Part shown: positions 16,337 through 25,028 of the stretch, piece after piece
Layout: each line of letters opens with the position of its first letter
How positions within the stretch are numbered: the stretch's first letter is position 1
NCBI GenBank assembly: GCA_934633985.1
Contig: CAKTYU010000010.1
Coordinates: 1,185 to 65,184, forward strand
Source: an uncultured Clostridia bacterium
GTDB lineage: Bacteria; Bacillota; Clostridia; Christensenellales; CAG-138
Reading direction: 5' to 3'
Length of the DNA: 64,000 nt
Translations under genes and position numbers: made by a program
The notes under the pieces: model-generated
Database searches by the model: none
Told to the model about the DNA's origin: nothing
What the model saw: only the letters and a program-made list of their open reading frames with translations

Positions 16337-16981
16337 TTATTTTTTATCCTGCCCGTAATGGTTTGCTGCGAAGTCCTTCATGTACTCAACGTTCTCCGCC
16401 GATATGAGCCTCGGCTTGCCTATGCTGCGCGCCATATAGTATATCTGGGCGGTCATCTCCAGCACATTGCACACCTTAAAGGCGGCCTCGGAGTCCTTGC
16501 CCACGCACACCGCGCCGTGGTTGGCGAGCAGGCAAGCCGCACCGTCCCCAAGGGCCGCAAGGGCGTTTTGCGCCAGCTCCTTAGAACCTGGGAGGGCGTA
16601 CTCCGCCGTCCTTACGCTTCCGCCCATAGCCTGCGCCGCCTCGTCTATCACCGGCGGTATATCCTCATGGAGCACCGCGAACACCTGGGAGTATATGGGG
16701 TGGGTGTGTATTACGGCGTTTACGTCCCTGCGGGCGTTCATTATGCCAAGGTGCATTGCCCACTCCACCGTGGGCTTGCGGAAGCCCTCGACGACGGCCC
16801 CGTCAGGCCCCATGGCCAGTGCGTCCTCCTCGGTTATGACGTCATAGGGCATACCCGAGGGGGTAAGGTATATGAGGCCGGTCTCCGGGTCGCGGAGGCT
16901 TATGTTGCCCCATGTCTCCACGGTGAGGCCGGAATGCAGCAGCCGTCTGCCGCAGTCTATAAGATGTTTTTTATAATTCAT
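16337..16981 (-). CDS. Class II aldolase/adducin-family protein (fuculose-1-P aldolase / ribulose-5-P 4-epimerase-like)
   Basis: 214 aa. [15 protein letters not shown], metal-His motif [19 protein letters not shown] overlaps the end of the ABC ATPase gene by 11 nt. Confidence 0.85.
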   Translation of the reverse strand: MNYKKHLIDCGRRLLHSGLTVETWGNISLRDPETGLIYLTPSGMPYDVITEEDALAMGPDGAVVEGFRKPTVEWAMHLGIMNARRDVNAVIHTHPIYSQVFAVLHEDIPPVIDEAAQAMGGSVRTAEYALPGSKELAQNALAALGDGAACLLANHGAVCVGKDSEAAFKVCNVLEMTAQIYYMARSIGKPRLISAENVEYMKDFAANHYGQDKK

Positions 16982-17723
16982 GCTGGCCGTTTATATAGCG
17001 GGAAAGGAACTCCTTTGTCCGCTGCTCCTTCGGGCTGGTAAATATGCTTTCCGGGTCTCCCTGCTCCATTATGACGCCGTCGTTCATAAATACCACCTTA
17101 TTTGATACCGCCCTCGCAAACGCCATCTCGTGAGTGACCACAAGCATGGTAAGGCCGGTCTTTGCAAGGTCCGTCATAACGGATAATACCTCTCCCACCA
17201 TCTCGGGATCAAGGGCCGATGTAGGCTCGTCAAAGAGCAGTATCTCGGGATCCATGGCCAATGCCCGGGCTATCGCCACGCGCTGCTTCTGGCCGCCGGA
17301 TATCTGCCGGGGCTTGGCGTTTATATACGGGGCCATGCCTACCCGCTCAAGGTACAGCATCGCCGCCTGACGCGCCTCTTCCTTGCCCTTCTTCAACACC
17401 ATCGTCTGGCCTACCATACAGTTTTCCAGCACTGTCATATTGTTGAAGAGGTTGAAGGACTGGAACACCATGCCGACCTTTGCCCGGTACGCGCATTGAT
17501 CGACCTTGCCCGTCAGTATGCTCTGCCCGTGGAAGAGTATCTCGCCTGAGGTAGGGGTTTCCAGCAGGTTTATGCAGCGGAGCAGGGTGCTCTTGCCGGA
17601 GCCTGACGCGCCTATTATGCAGGTGACGTCTCCCTTTTCCACCTGAAAGTCCACATCCTTCAATACCTGGTTGCTGCCGAAATCCTTGCGGAGATGGCTT
17701 ATCTTTAGGATAGTTTCATTCAT
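16971..17723 (-). CDS. Polar amino-acid ABC transporter ATP-binding protein
   Basis: GASGSGKST Walker [16 protein letters not shown] signature, [11 protein letters not shown] Walker B. Start at MNETILK preferred; track start 17741 is possible. Confidence 0.92.
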   Translation of the reverse strand: MNETILKISHLRKDFGSNQVLKDVDFQVEKGDVTCIIGASGSGKSTLLRCINLLETPTSGEILFHGQSILTGKVDQCAYRAKVGMVFQSFNLFNNMTVLENCMVGQTMVLKKGKEEARQAAMLYLERVGMAPYINAKPRQISGGQKQRVAIARALAMDPEILLFDEPTSALDPEMVGEVLSVMTDLAKTGLTMLVVTHEMAFARAVSNKVVFMNDGVIMEQGDPESIFTSPKEQRTKEFLSRYINGQHEL

Positions 17724-17727
17724 GTTA

Positions 17728-18564
17728 TTACCTGCCCCCATCCCTTATGTCGTTGTTCTGGGTATTTGCCCGAGGCTTTTTAGGATAGCTGTAAAGGCCG
17801 GTGGTGTGGGCCAGGGTATCCGTCGTCGCAAGGTCGTAAAGCTCGTAGCTGTCCGGGCCGTCCATCCTGCTCTCCCACAGGCGAAGCAGCCGCGAGCAGG
17901 TGAAGGTGAGTACGAAGTATATCACCATAGTTATGGTAAATGCCTCAAAGTAGGTATACATGGCACCCGCCACGCTCTTTGTGGCGAAGAACAGCTCCAC
18001 TGTGCCTATTACGCTCAGCACACAGGTATCCTTGATGTTGATTATCAGGTTGTTGCCTATTTGGGGCATAATGTTCCGAAGCGCCTGTGGCAATATCACG
18101 GCGTTCATGGTCTGCACGTGAGTCATGCCTATGGCCTTTGCGCCCTCGGTCTGTCCCGGGTCTATGGAGAGTATGCCGCCGCGCACGGTTTCCGCCATAT
18201 ACGCGCCCGTATTGATGGAAACTATGAACAGCGCCGCCTCCATTGTGCCGAGGTGTATATTAAAGAGCTGGGCAAGGCCGTAATATATAAACATGGCCTG
18301 TACCATCATGGGTGTGCCGCGGAATATCTCCACATAAGCATCCAGCAGGAAGCGGACGAGCTTCATAAGTATATACTTTACGGGATGCGCCTTGTCGGCA
18401 GGCGTGGTCTGCACTATGCCCACCCCAAAGCCTATCAGGCAGCCCACAGCCGTAGATATCACGGCTATGAGCATCGTGGTGCCCGCGCCCCTTAAAAAGC
18501 TCGGGCCGTATTGCTGGAGCAGGTATACTACCCATCCCCAGAAATTATCAGGTAAGCTGTTCAT
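17728..18564 (-). CDS. Polar amino-acid ABC transporter permease
   Basis: EAA-type loop [37 protein letters not shown] fits ATG 18562-18564 better than 18568-18570. Confidence 0.9.
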   Translation of the reverse strand: MNSLPDNFWGWVVYLLQQYGPSFLRGAGTTMLIAVISTAVGCLIGFGVGIVQTTPADKAHPVKYILMKLVRFLLDAYVEIFRGTPMMVQAMFIYYGLAQLFNIHLGTMEAALFIVSINTGAYMAETVRGGILSIDPGQTEGAKAIGMTHVQTMNAVILPQALRNIMPQIGNNLIINIKDTCVLSVIGTVELFFATKSVAGAMYTYFEAFTITMVIYFVLTFTCSRLLRLWESRMDGPDSYELYDLATTDTLAHTTGLYSYPKKPRANTQNNDIRDGGR

Positions 18565-18592
18565 CGTCATTCTCCCCGATAAAGGCCAGCCA

Positions 18593-19429
18593 TCATTCGC
18601 TAAGGGGCTGCACCGCTATGGCGTCGTTCATCATTGCGGTATAGTCGTCCACCGTCATGGGCGCAAGCACACCGTTTATGGCCTCACAAAGCGCGGCGTT
18701 GCCCTTCTTCAGGGAGATGCCAATGTTTATCTCCTCCTCGGATACCTCAAAATCGCCGTCGGTACCGGAAAAATCAAGCATCTTGAAGTTGGGGTAGGCT
18801 ATGCAGGCAGCCATGGCGGTGGGCATATCGGTGACTACCAGATCGCAGCGGCCGCTGTTGAGGGCGACCAGCATCGCGGGCGCGCTCTCCTGCGCGGGAA
18901 GTATGTCGGCGTCCGCTATCTGGGGCAGGCAGGTATCGTACCAGACGGTATTTATCTGGCTGGTGCAGGTAGCGCCTGCAAGGTCGGCGACGGACGCGGC
19001 ATTGGCGTACTTGCCGTCGGCGGAGGTAAGGGTCACTATTGAGGCATAGTAGTAAGGCTCGGAAAAGTCAACCATCTGCTTGCGCTCAGATGTTATGGAC
19101 TGACCTGCTATCACGCAGTCCACAACGCCGCTCTGCACCGCCGGTACCAGGGAATCCCAGTCCAGCTTTACTATTTCAAGCTCCACGTTAAGGGCCTCCG
19201 CTATCTTCTTTGCCATCATAACGTCATAGCCGTAGGCATAGTCGCTGCTGTCCTTTATTTTAACGGCGCCGTTGGCATCCGTGGGCTGCGTCCAGTTGTA
19301 GGGCGCATAGGAGCACTCCATCGCCACGGTGAGCACGCCGTCTGCAAGGCTGTCCTCGGTCTTTTTGCCGCAGGCCGCCATGGACAGGCAAAGTACCAGC
19401 ACAAGTGCTAAGCTCAGGAATCTACGCAT
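18593..19429 (-). CDS. Amino-acid ABC transporter substrate-binding lipoprotein (probable lysine/basic amino-acid uptake)
   Basis: Lipobox LSMAAC; family-3 SBP fold signatures (DGVLTVAME, YDVMMAKKIAE). First gene after the L-box leader. Confidence 0.9.
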   Translation of the reverse strand: MRRFLSLALVLVLCLSMAACGKKTEDSLADGVLTVAMECSYAPYNWTQPTDANGAVKIKDSSDYAYGYDVMMAKKIAEALNVELEIVKLDWDSLVPAVQSGVVDCVIAGQSITSERKQMVDFSEPYYYASIVTLTSADGKYANAASVADLAGATCTSQINTVWYDTCLPQIADADILPAQESAPAMLVALNSGRCDLVVTDMPTAMAACIAYPNFKMLDFSGTDGDFEVSEEEINIGISLKKGNAALCEAINGVLAPMTVDDYTAMMNDAIAVQPLSE

Positions 19430-19454
19430 TTTTTCTTTCCTCCGAAAAACTTAA

Positions 19455-19720
19455 AATTTTTAAAATCAAACGGCGGCAGGAGCATCACTCCGACCGCCGC
19501 AATAAACGTAAATAAAAATAATTTTGGCTTTTTGAATGATAGCACTCCACAGATATAGCTGTGACAGTCAGCGGGATATTATCCCGCCGCCCAGGTTCGC
19601 AGGGCCCGCATAAGCCCTCCGTCCTTCGGCAGCCTCCCCTTTAGCCCCCCGTCAACGCCCTGCGTGGCTGTTGAGGGTTAATATTGTCGGCTGCGCCTCT
19701 ATCCAGTCGCTGTTCAATTT
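19455..19720 (-). promoter_or_regulatory. Lysine riboswitch (L-box) with terminator expression platform
   Basis: Minus strand carries the hallmark blocks in order: gatAGAGGCGCagc, GGGGAGgcTGCCGAAGg, gCTGACTGTCAC, TGGAGTGCTATC. Then the hairpin CGGCGG..CCGCCG (19471-19499) followed by TTTGATTTT, just upstream of the RBS. Confidence 0.8.
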
Positions 19721-19726
19721 TGTTGT

Positions 19727-19755
19727 ATTATATACTGAGCCTAATCCCTTGTCAA
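19727..19755 (-). promoter_or_regulatory. Consensus promoter TTGACA-17-TATAAT driving the L-box leader
   Basis: Minus strand: -35 at 19750-19755, -10 at 19727-19732. Confidence 0.7.
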
Positions 19756-19784
19756 CAGTATAATTCTTTATTTAATTTTTGTCA

Positions 19785-19818
19785 TTGTAAAGCCCGCATA
19801 CAAAACCGTATGCGGGCT
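19785..19818 (-). terminator. Hairpin terminator after the OCD-family gene
   Basis: AGCCCGCATAC-loop-GTATGCGGGCT (11-bp stem) followed by TTTACAATG on the minus strand. Confidence 0.5.
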
Positions 19819-19848
19819 GAAGGTCAATTTAACCGGGAAAGAGGGATA

Positions 19849-20889
19849 TTACAGGGGCAGTATGCGGCCCGCGCCCTTTTCCATAGCCTTATCAAAGACC
19901 AGCTTGGCTACCGCCATATCGAACACGGATATGCCTATGTTAGAGCATACTATAACCTCATCCTTGCTGGTACGGCCCTCCTTGAGCCCTGCGATTATCT
20001 CGCCGGTCTCGCATACTATGTGGGGCAGCCCCTCGGGGAAATAGCCCATGGAGGCGAAGAGCTCATGCTCGTCTATGCTGTCCACGATGTACTTGTCGGC
20101 GTCGCGCTGTATGCTCGCCTCCCAGAAGCTGTTGAGATCCATGGGGAATATGGTCTGGCCCGGGCGTATCCATTCCTTTTTCACGATGTCGTAGGTCTCG
20201 CGGGTGATCTTGGTCGCGGAGCACATTGCGTCGCAGTTGTCCGCTATCTCCTTGGGATCGGCAGCCTTTATCAGCTGAATATGGGAGGGTATCTCCGCGC
20301 CGACATTCTCTATGAGCTTGTCCATCATAGGGGCGTAGGAGTCGTAGATGTATATCTTCTTGAGCTTCTTCAGTGTCTTTGTTATGAAGCGGACGTGGCC
20401 CTGGCCCTGTACGCCGCAGCCGAACATGCCGAAGGATTCCGCATCGGGGCATAGGGCTTCCGCGGCGACTGCGGTGACGGCAGGAGTACGCATCGCGGTG
20501 ACCCATGCGCCGTCCATTATCGCCATGGGGTATCCGGTGATGAGCTCATTGAGCACCAGCACGGAGGAGGTCTGGGGCAGGCCCCAGTCCTTGGGGTTGC
20601 GGGGGTAGCACTCTATCCACTTGCAGCCCATCGCCATCTGGCCGGGAACATAGGCGGGCATAGCGTGATAGAATACGTCGTCGTGAGGATGTACACCTAT
20701 CTTGGCGGGCATCTCGTATTCCTTTTTGCCGTGCGCGATGAAGGTCTTGCAAACGGCGTCTATGGTATCCTCGACGGAGGGGCCGTTCTCCATGCACTCG
20801 TCCTTGGTCAGGTACAGCGCTTCGCTGCCGATCTTCACATACTGTTCGATCCTCTTCTTTTCCGCAAGCAGTTCCGGGGTGTAAGCCAT
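19849..20889 (-). CDS. Ornithine cyclodeaminase / mu-crystallin family protein
   Basis: 346 aa. Rossmann FGCGVQGQGH, overall OCD_Mu_crystallin layout (MRTPAVTAVAA). Strong AGGAGG RBS. Confidence 0.85.
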   Translation of the reverse strand: MAYTPELLAEKKRIEQYVKIGSEALYLTKDECMENGPSVEDTIDAVCKTFIAHGKKEYEMPAKIGVHPHDDVFYHAMPAYVPGQMAMGCKWIECYPRNPKDWGLPQTSSVLVLNELITGYPMAIMDGAWVTAMRTPAVTAVAAEALCPDAESFGMFGCGVQGQGHVRFITKTLKKLKKIYIYDSYAPMMDKLIENVGAEIPSHIQLIKAADPKEIADNCDAMCSATKITRETYDIVKKEWIRPGQTIFPMDLNSFWEASIQRDADKYIVDSIDEHELFASMGYFPEGLPHIVCETGEIIAGLKEGRTSKDEVIVCSNIGISVFDMAVAKLVFDKAMEKGAGRILPL

Positions 20890-20917
20890 TTTTATTTTTC
20901 CTCCTGTTATTATATAT

Positions 20918-20953
20918 GTGAGAGGTTTTACGATGCTCTGTTAAAACTCTCAC
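20918..20953. promoter_or_regulatory. Inverted repeat GTGAGAG(G)TTTTA-N11-TAAAACTCTCAC upstream of the OCD gene
   Basis: 12 of 13 bp complementary arms at 20918-20930 / 20942-20953. Could be an RNA hairpin in the OCD 5' UTR or a weak terminator of the TetR gene. Confidence 0.4.
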
Positions 20954-20957
20954 AAAA

Positions 20958-20970
20958 ATAATCGCGATTA
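20958..20970. promoter_or_regulatory. Palindromic operator copy 2 (ATAATCGCGATTA)
   Basis: 12-bp perfect palindrome TAATCGCGATTA between the TetR stop and the OCD start. Same core as 21691-21704. Confidence 0.5.
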
Positions 20971-21024
20971 GTAATCGGCTGAAATAAAGCCGGTAAAGCC
21001 CGGCGCTATTTTGAATGTATTCGG

Positions 21025-21669
21025 CTATTTCAGCCGGAAGGAATCCATGATCTTGACGAGGGTAGCCATGAAATCGTCACGGTAGCTCTTTGCGAGCTTT
21101 TCCGAGGGCTCGTTTTGCAGCAGCTCCTTCAGGTATCCAAGAAAGAGGTGTATGGATAAGCCGTTGAGGAACTTTGCGTCCTCCACCGTGAACCATCCCT
21201 CCTCTACGCAGCGGGATATCATAAGATAGTCCCTGTTGTTGAAGTTGCCATCGCTGAATATGTTAGCTATGGAGGGGGCTATGACGGCGAGATCCTCTGG
21301 GAACATGTCGTAATAGTTCTTGATAATGTCGTTCAGCGTGCTGCTGTGGCGGCCGAAAAACAGGTTATCGAATATGGGGGCGTTGGCGAAGGCATGGCGG
21401 CAGAAGCAATCCCATACCGCAACATGGGTTTGGTAGGTGGTCTCGGAACGGTCGTAGCAGACCGCAACATCGTCCAGATACGCAGCAAGGTACCGAAGCG
21501 AGGCGTATGCCACCAGCTCGTCAAGGTCCTTGAAGTATCGGTAGATGTTGGCGCTGTTGCAGCGCATATCCCGGGCAAGGCGGCGGATGCTCAGGGCTTC
21601 CCGGCCTTCGGTCGATATTACGCGGTAGGTTTCCTCTATAAAACGCCTCTGGGTAAGATCCTCTCGCAT
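21025..21669 (-). CDS. TetR/AcrR family transcriptional regulator
   Basis: N-terminal HTH FIEETYRVISTEGREALSIRRLARDMRCNSANIYRYFKD. Confidence 0.9.
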   Translation of the reverse strand: MREDLTQRRFIEETYRVISTEGREALSIRRLARDMRCNSANIYRYFKDLDELVAYASLRYLAAYLDDVAVCYDRSETTYQTHVAVWDCFCRHAFANAPIFDNLFFGRHSSTLNDIIKNYYDMFPEDLAVIAPSIANIFSDGNFNNRDYLMISRCVEEGWFTVEDAKFLNGLSIHLFLGYLKELLQNEPSEKLAKSYRDDFMATLVKIMDSFRLK

Positions 21670-21687
21670 GATCCCTCCTTGATTTAG

Positions 21688-21716
21688 ATTATAATCGCGA
21701 TTATTTAGCGAGTCAA
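21688..21716 (-). promoter_or_regulatory. TetR promoter TTGACT-17-TATAAT with overlapping 14-bp palindrome ATAATCGCGATTAT (21691-21704)
   Basis: Minus strand: -35 at 21711-21716, -10 at 21688-21693. The palindrome spans the spacer and -10, a classic autorepression layout. Confidence 0.65.
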
Positions 21717-21806
21717 TATGTTATCTAATTAACACTATAATACTTTATTATGGCGAAAAAAGCAATAACGCAGGGGCGCCTCCGCTGAAAAAAATATGCG
21801 TTCAAC

Positions 21807-21843
21807 ATAAAATTGGCCCAAGCGGCAATGCCGCCTGAGCCAA
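21807..21843 (-). terminator. Probable thrS terminator
   Basis: Minus strand: TTGGCTCAGGCGGCATTGCCGCTTGGGCCAA composite hairpin followed by TTTTATG. Confidence 0.45.
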
Positions 21844-21860
21844 CCATACCTATGCGGGCA

Positions 21861-23765
21861 TCAGTCGTGCGATCTGGCCCTTACCTCCTCCAGTATCTTT
21901 TCCTTGAAGGCGTCGAGGGTCATTGCGCCCAGGTCGCCGCCCCTGCGGGAGCGGACGGATACCACGCCGTTTTCGACGTCGCGGTCGCCCACGACCAGCA
22001 TATAGGGTATGCGCTGGAGCTGCGCCTCGCGGATCTTGTAGCCCAGCTTTTCGTTGCGGTGATCCACCTCCACGCGCAGGCCGAGCTTATCGAGCTCGGA
22101 GGCGATATCGTCGCATACCTGTGCGGTACGGTCGGTAAGGGGCAACACCTTTACCTGCACGGGAGACAGCCATGTGGGGAACGCACCCGCGAAGTGCTCT
22201 GTGATGACGCCTATGAAGCGCTCGATGGAGCCCAATACGACGCGGTGTATCATTACGGGACGGTGCTTTTGGCCATCCTCGCCTATGTACTCAAGCTCGA
22301 ACCTTTCCGGCATCTGCATATCAAGCTGGATGGTGCCGCACTGCCATGTGCGTCCGAGGGAATCGGCAAGGTGGAAATCGAGCTTGGGGCCGTAGAAGGC
22401 GCCATCGCCCTCGTTTATGACGTAATCCTTGCCCATGTGCTCTATGGCCCTCTTGAGGGTATCGGTGGCAAAATCCCAGGTTTCCTTCTCGCCTATATGA
22501 TCCTCCGGCATGGTGGAGACCTCGATCTGATAGGTCAGGCCGAAGGTGGAATAGACCTCGTCAAACAGGCGCACGACGTTCTGTATCTCATTCTCCATCT
22601 GATCCCATGTCATGAAGATGTGGGCGTCGTCCTGGGTGAAGCAGCGTACGCGGAACAGGCCGTGGAGCGCGCCGGAAAGCTCATGGCGGTGTACGAGGCC
22701 GAGCTCGGCCATACGCAATGGCAGCTCGCGGTAGGAATGGGGCTCAAGCTTGTATACCAGCATTCCGCCGGGGCAATTCATGGGCTTTATCGCGTAATCC
22801 TCGCCGTCTATTACGGTGGTGTACATATTGTTCTTGTAGTGGTCCCAGTGGCCGCTCCTGTGCCACAGGTCCTGGTTGAGTATCATGGGGGAGGATATCT
22901 CCACATAGCCGTAACGCTTGTGTACCTCGCGCCAGTAGTCGAGCAGGGTGTTGCGCAGCACCATGCCCTTGGGGAGGAAGAAGGGGAAGCCGGGGCCCTC
23001 CTCCATGAGGGCGAACAGGCCGAGCTCCTTGCCCAGCTTGCGGTGGTCGCGCTTCTTGGCCTCCTCGATGCGGTTGATGTACTCCTCAAGGTCGGCCTTC
23101 TTTTCAAAGGCGGTGCCGTATATGCGCTGGAGCATCTTATTCTTTTCGCTGCCGCGCCAGTATGCGCCCGCAACGCTCATGAGCTTTACGAATTTTACCT
23201 TGCCGGTATTTTCGACGTGGGGGCCGGCGCACAGGTCGGTAAAGTCGCCCTGGCGGTAAAAGCTGATTATGGAATCCTCCGGAAGATCCTCGATAAGCTC
23301 TACCTTGTAGGGCTCGCCCTTTTCTGCGAAGTACTTTATGGCGTCGGCTCTGGGCATCTCAAAGCGCTCAAGGGGCAGCGCCTCGGCGATTATCCTTTCC
23401 ATCTCCTTTTGTATCTGCTCAAGATCCTCCGGGGTGAAGGGTTCTGCGTCAAAGTCATAGTAGAAGCCGTTGTCTATGGCGGGGCCGATGGCGAGCTTAG
23501 CCTCGGGATGCACGCGCTTTACGGCCTGCGCGAGTATATGTGCGGCCGTGTGGCGCATGGTCCAGCGCCCGTCCGCATCCTCCCAGGTGAGGAGCTTCAC
23601 GCTGTGGTCGCCCGTGATGGGGCGGAAGGCGTCCTCCCTGTGGCCGTCTATCTCGGCGGCGAGCGTGGCTTTCTTGAGGCGGGGGCTGATGGACTCAGCT
23701 ATCTGAAGGGCGGTCATACCGTCCTCGTATTGCTTTACGGAGCCATCGGGAAAAGTGATGTTCAT
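21861..23765 (-). CDS. thrS: Threonine--tRNA ligase
   Basis: TGS domain start MNITFPDGS. Editing-domain HTAAHILAQA. Class II core MNCPGG, FRVRCFTQDDAHIF. Anticodon-binding C-terminus. AAGGAGGA RBS before ATG 23763-23765. Confidence 0.95.
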   Translation of the reverse strand: MNITFPDGSVKQYEDGMTALQIAESISPRLKKATLAAEIDGHREDAFRPITGDHSVKLLTWEDADGRWTMRHTAAHILAQAVKRVHPEAKLAIGPAIDNGFYYDFDAEPFTPEDLEQIQKEMERIIAEALPLERFEMPRADAIKYFAEKGEPYKVELIEDLPEDSIISFYRQGDFTDLCAGPHVENTGKVKFVKLMSVAGAYWRGSEKNKMLQRIYGTAFEKKADLEEYINRIEEAKKRDHRKLGKELGLFALMEEGPGFPFFLPKGMVLRNTLLDYWREVHKRYGYVEISSPMILNQDLWHRSGHWDHYKNNMYTTVIDGEDYAIKPMNCPGGMLVYKLEPHSYRELPLRMAELGLVHRHELSGALHGLFRVRCFTQDDAHIFMTWDQMENEIQNVVRLFDEVYSTFGLTYQIEVSTMPEDHIGEKETWDFATDTLKRAIEHMGKDYVINEGDGAFYGPKLDFHLADSLGRTWQCGTIQLDMQMPERFELEYIGEDGQKHRPVMIHRVVLGSIERFIGVITEHFAGAFPTWLSPVQVKVLPLTDRTAQVCDDIASELDKLGLRVEVDHRNEKLGYKIREAQLQRIPYMLVVGDRDVENGVVSVRSRRGGDLGAMTLDAFKEKILEEVRARSHD

Positions 23766-23808
23766 GGTGTTCCTCCTTATGTGATGTAGATCAGGCTTTG
23801 CGGGTAAT

Positions 23809-24060
23809 ATAAAAATGCCCGCCCCAAGCTCGAAGCAAGGGACGGACAAATTATAGCGCATCTATTGTCCGCGGTTCCACCCTAATTGGCATAAAACCCA
23901 CTTTATAGGGGCTGTATCGCGCCCAAAGCGAACCGCGGTAGCGGGGCGGTGTTCCCAGCCGCCGCACCGTAAAAGGGCTTTCAGCCGACGGCCCTCTCTC
24001 TCTTTACGGCGTGTTTGCGTTGGTACTTAACCCGTATCGACCCACGATAAATATAAGATA
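23809..24060 (-). promoter_or_regulatory. T-box leader (threonine specifier) of thrS
   Basis: Minus strand: AGAGA-containing stem I. Specifier-loop-like GGGAACACCG, where both ACA and ACC are Thr codons. Conserved T-box AATTAGGGTGGAACCGCGG (23869-23887). Terminator stem 23817-23847 followed by ATTTTTAT. Confidence 0.85.
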
Positions 24061-24067
24061 TAAGCTG

Positions 24068-24096
24068 ATTATATGCCCGCCCGCCGCCTTTGTCAA
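24068..24096 (-). promoter_or_regulatory. Consensus promoter TTGACA-17-TATAAT for the thrS T-box leader
   Basis: Minus strand: -35 at 24091-24096, -10 at 24068-24073. Confidence 0.7.
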
Positions 24097-24251
24097 GGGC
24101 GGCCATGGGAAAAATTGCCGGCAGGTCAAAGCCCTGATTATACACATACTACGCTCACGCGCCTAAAAATGCGACGCTTATATGGCGGGGAACCCCTGCA
24201 AGGGGCCCGGCATATCATGCAGGTATAGCGGGATAAGGAGAGTAAGGTGCT

Positions 24252-24983
24252 ATGGCGGTGTGCTCTGTGGGCACTATGAAATACGAGGCGGATATAGGCA
24301 GGCTTATGGAGCGGCGGCTCGATAGGCTGGGAGGCGGCATATCGCCGGAGTGCGGGCGGGGCTTTGCAAGGGCCGCGATAGAGGGCGGGGCCCAGCTTGC
24401 CCAGTGGTGCGAGGCGGTGGCCGAGCTGCTGCTCATGGACCTTGCCCAGTTTGAGATAGCCTATATGGTGAACGCCCTCCCCCTGACGCTGGAGGAAAAA
24501 AAGGCTGTGCTGCCGGAGGCCATATACAGGGCGAGGCGCGCCGCCGGCTTGGAAAAATTGCAAGGGGAGCTCATGGATTACTTCGAGGGCGGCAGCCATC
24601 TTCCGTTGGAGGGATATATGCGCTTCCGCATGAAGGACTACCGCGGGCAGTGGGAGCGCTGCGTATACGCAGCGGCCGACGAGCTGCTGCTCAGCGACGA
24701 GTATACCGAGCTGCTCAAGGTGCTTTCGGCCTTTGTAAGGCTGCGCTCATCGGGGGCGGGCGAGGTTTACGTCATACTCAATCCCGATGGGAGCTGCACC
24801 TTTACGGACGACAGCGACGTCAGGATAGACTACGAGCAATGCAGCGAGGAGGGGATAATGAGCGTGCTGGTGGGCCTCTCGCCGGAGCGCATCACGGTAT
24901 ACGACCTTTCGGGCGGCAGGAGCGCCGCTCTTTACAACGACCTGATTCGCGTTTTTGATGACAGGATAAGGTTTTTCAGATAG
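24252..24983 (+). CDS. ytxC: Putative sporulation protein YtxC
   Basis: 243 aa. LEGYMRFRMKDY motif and overall resemblance to YtxC. In Bacillus, ytxC neighbours thrS. AAGGAGAG RBS 9 nt upstream. Confidence 0.7.
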   Translation: MAVCSVGTMKYEADIGRLMERRLDRLGGGISPECGRGFARAAIEGGAQLAQWCEAVAELLLMDLAQFEIAYMVNALPLTLEEKKAVLPEAIYRARRAAGLEKLQGELMDYFEGGSHLPLEGYMRFRMKDYRGQWERCVYAAADELLLSDEYTELLKVLSAFVRLRSSGAGEVYVILNPDGSCTFTDDSDVRIDYEQCSEEGIMSVLVGLSPERITVYDLSGGRSAALYNDLIRVFDDRIRFFR

Positions 24984-25028
24984 ACCGCGGCTTGCATAGG
25001 TGATATAATCATCATGGGAGAAGTGTCC

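Noticed and set aside
21813-23789. 658-aa plus-strand ORF, the longest ORF in this region
   Set aside because: It lies exactly antisense to thrS, whose identity is unambiguous from its class II aaRS and TGS motifs. Its translation is low-complexity and rich in Gly, Ala, Leu, Val, Tyr and His. It has no RBS. It is a shadow ORF created by codon bias.
24138-24599. 153-aa minus-strand ORF overlapping the thrS/ytxC intergenic region
   Set aside because: It is antisense to the 5' part of ytxC and lies upstream of the mapped T-box promoter. It has no RBS and an Arg/Pro/Ala-rich composition.
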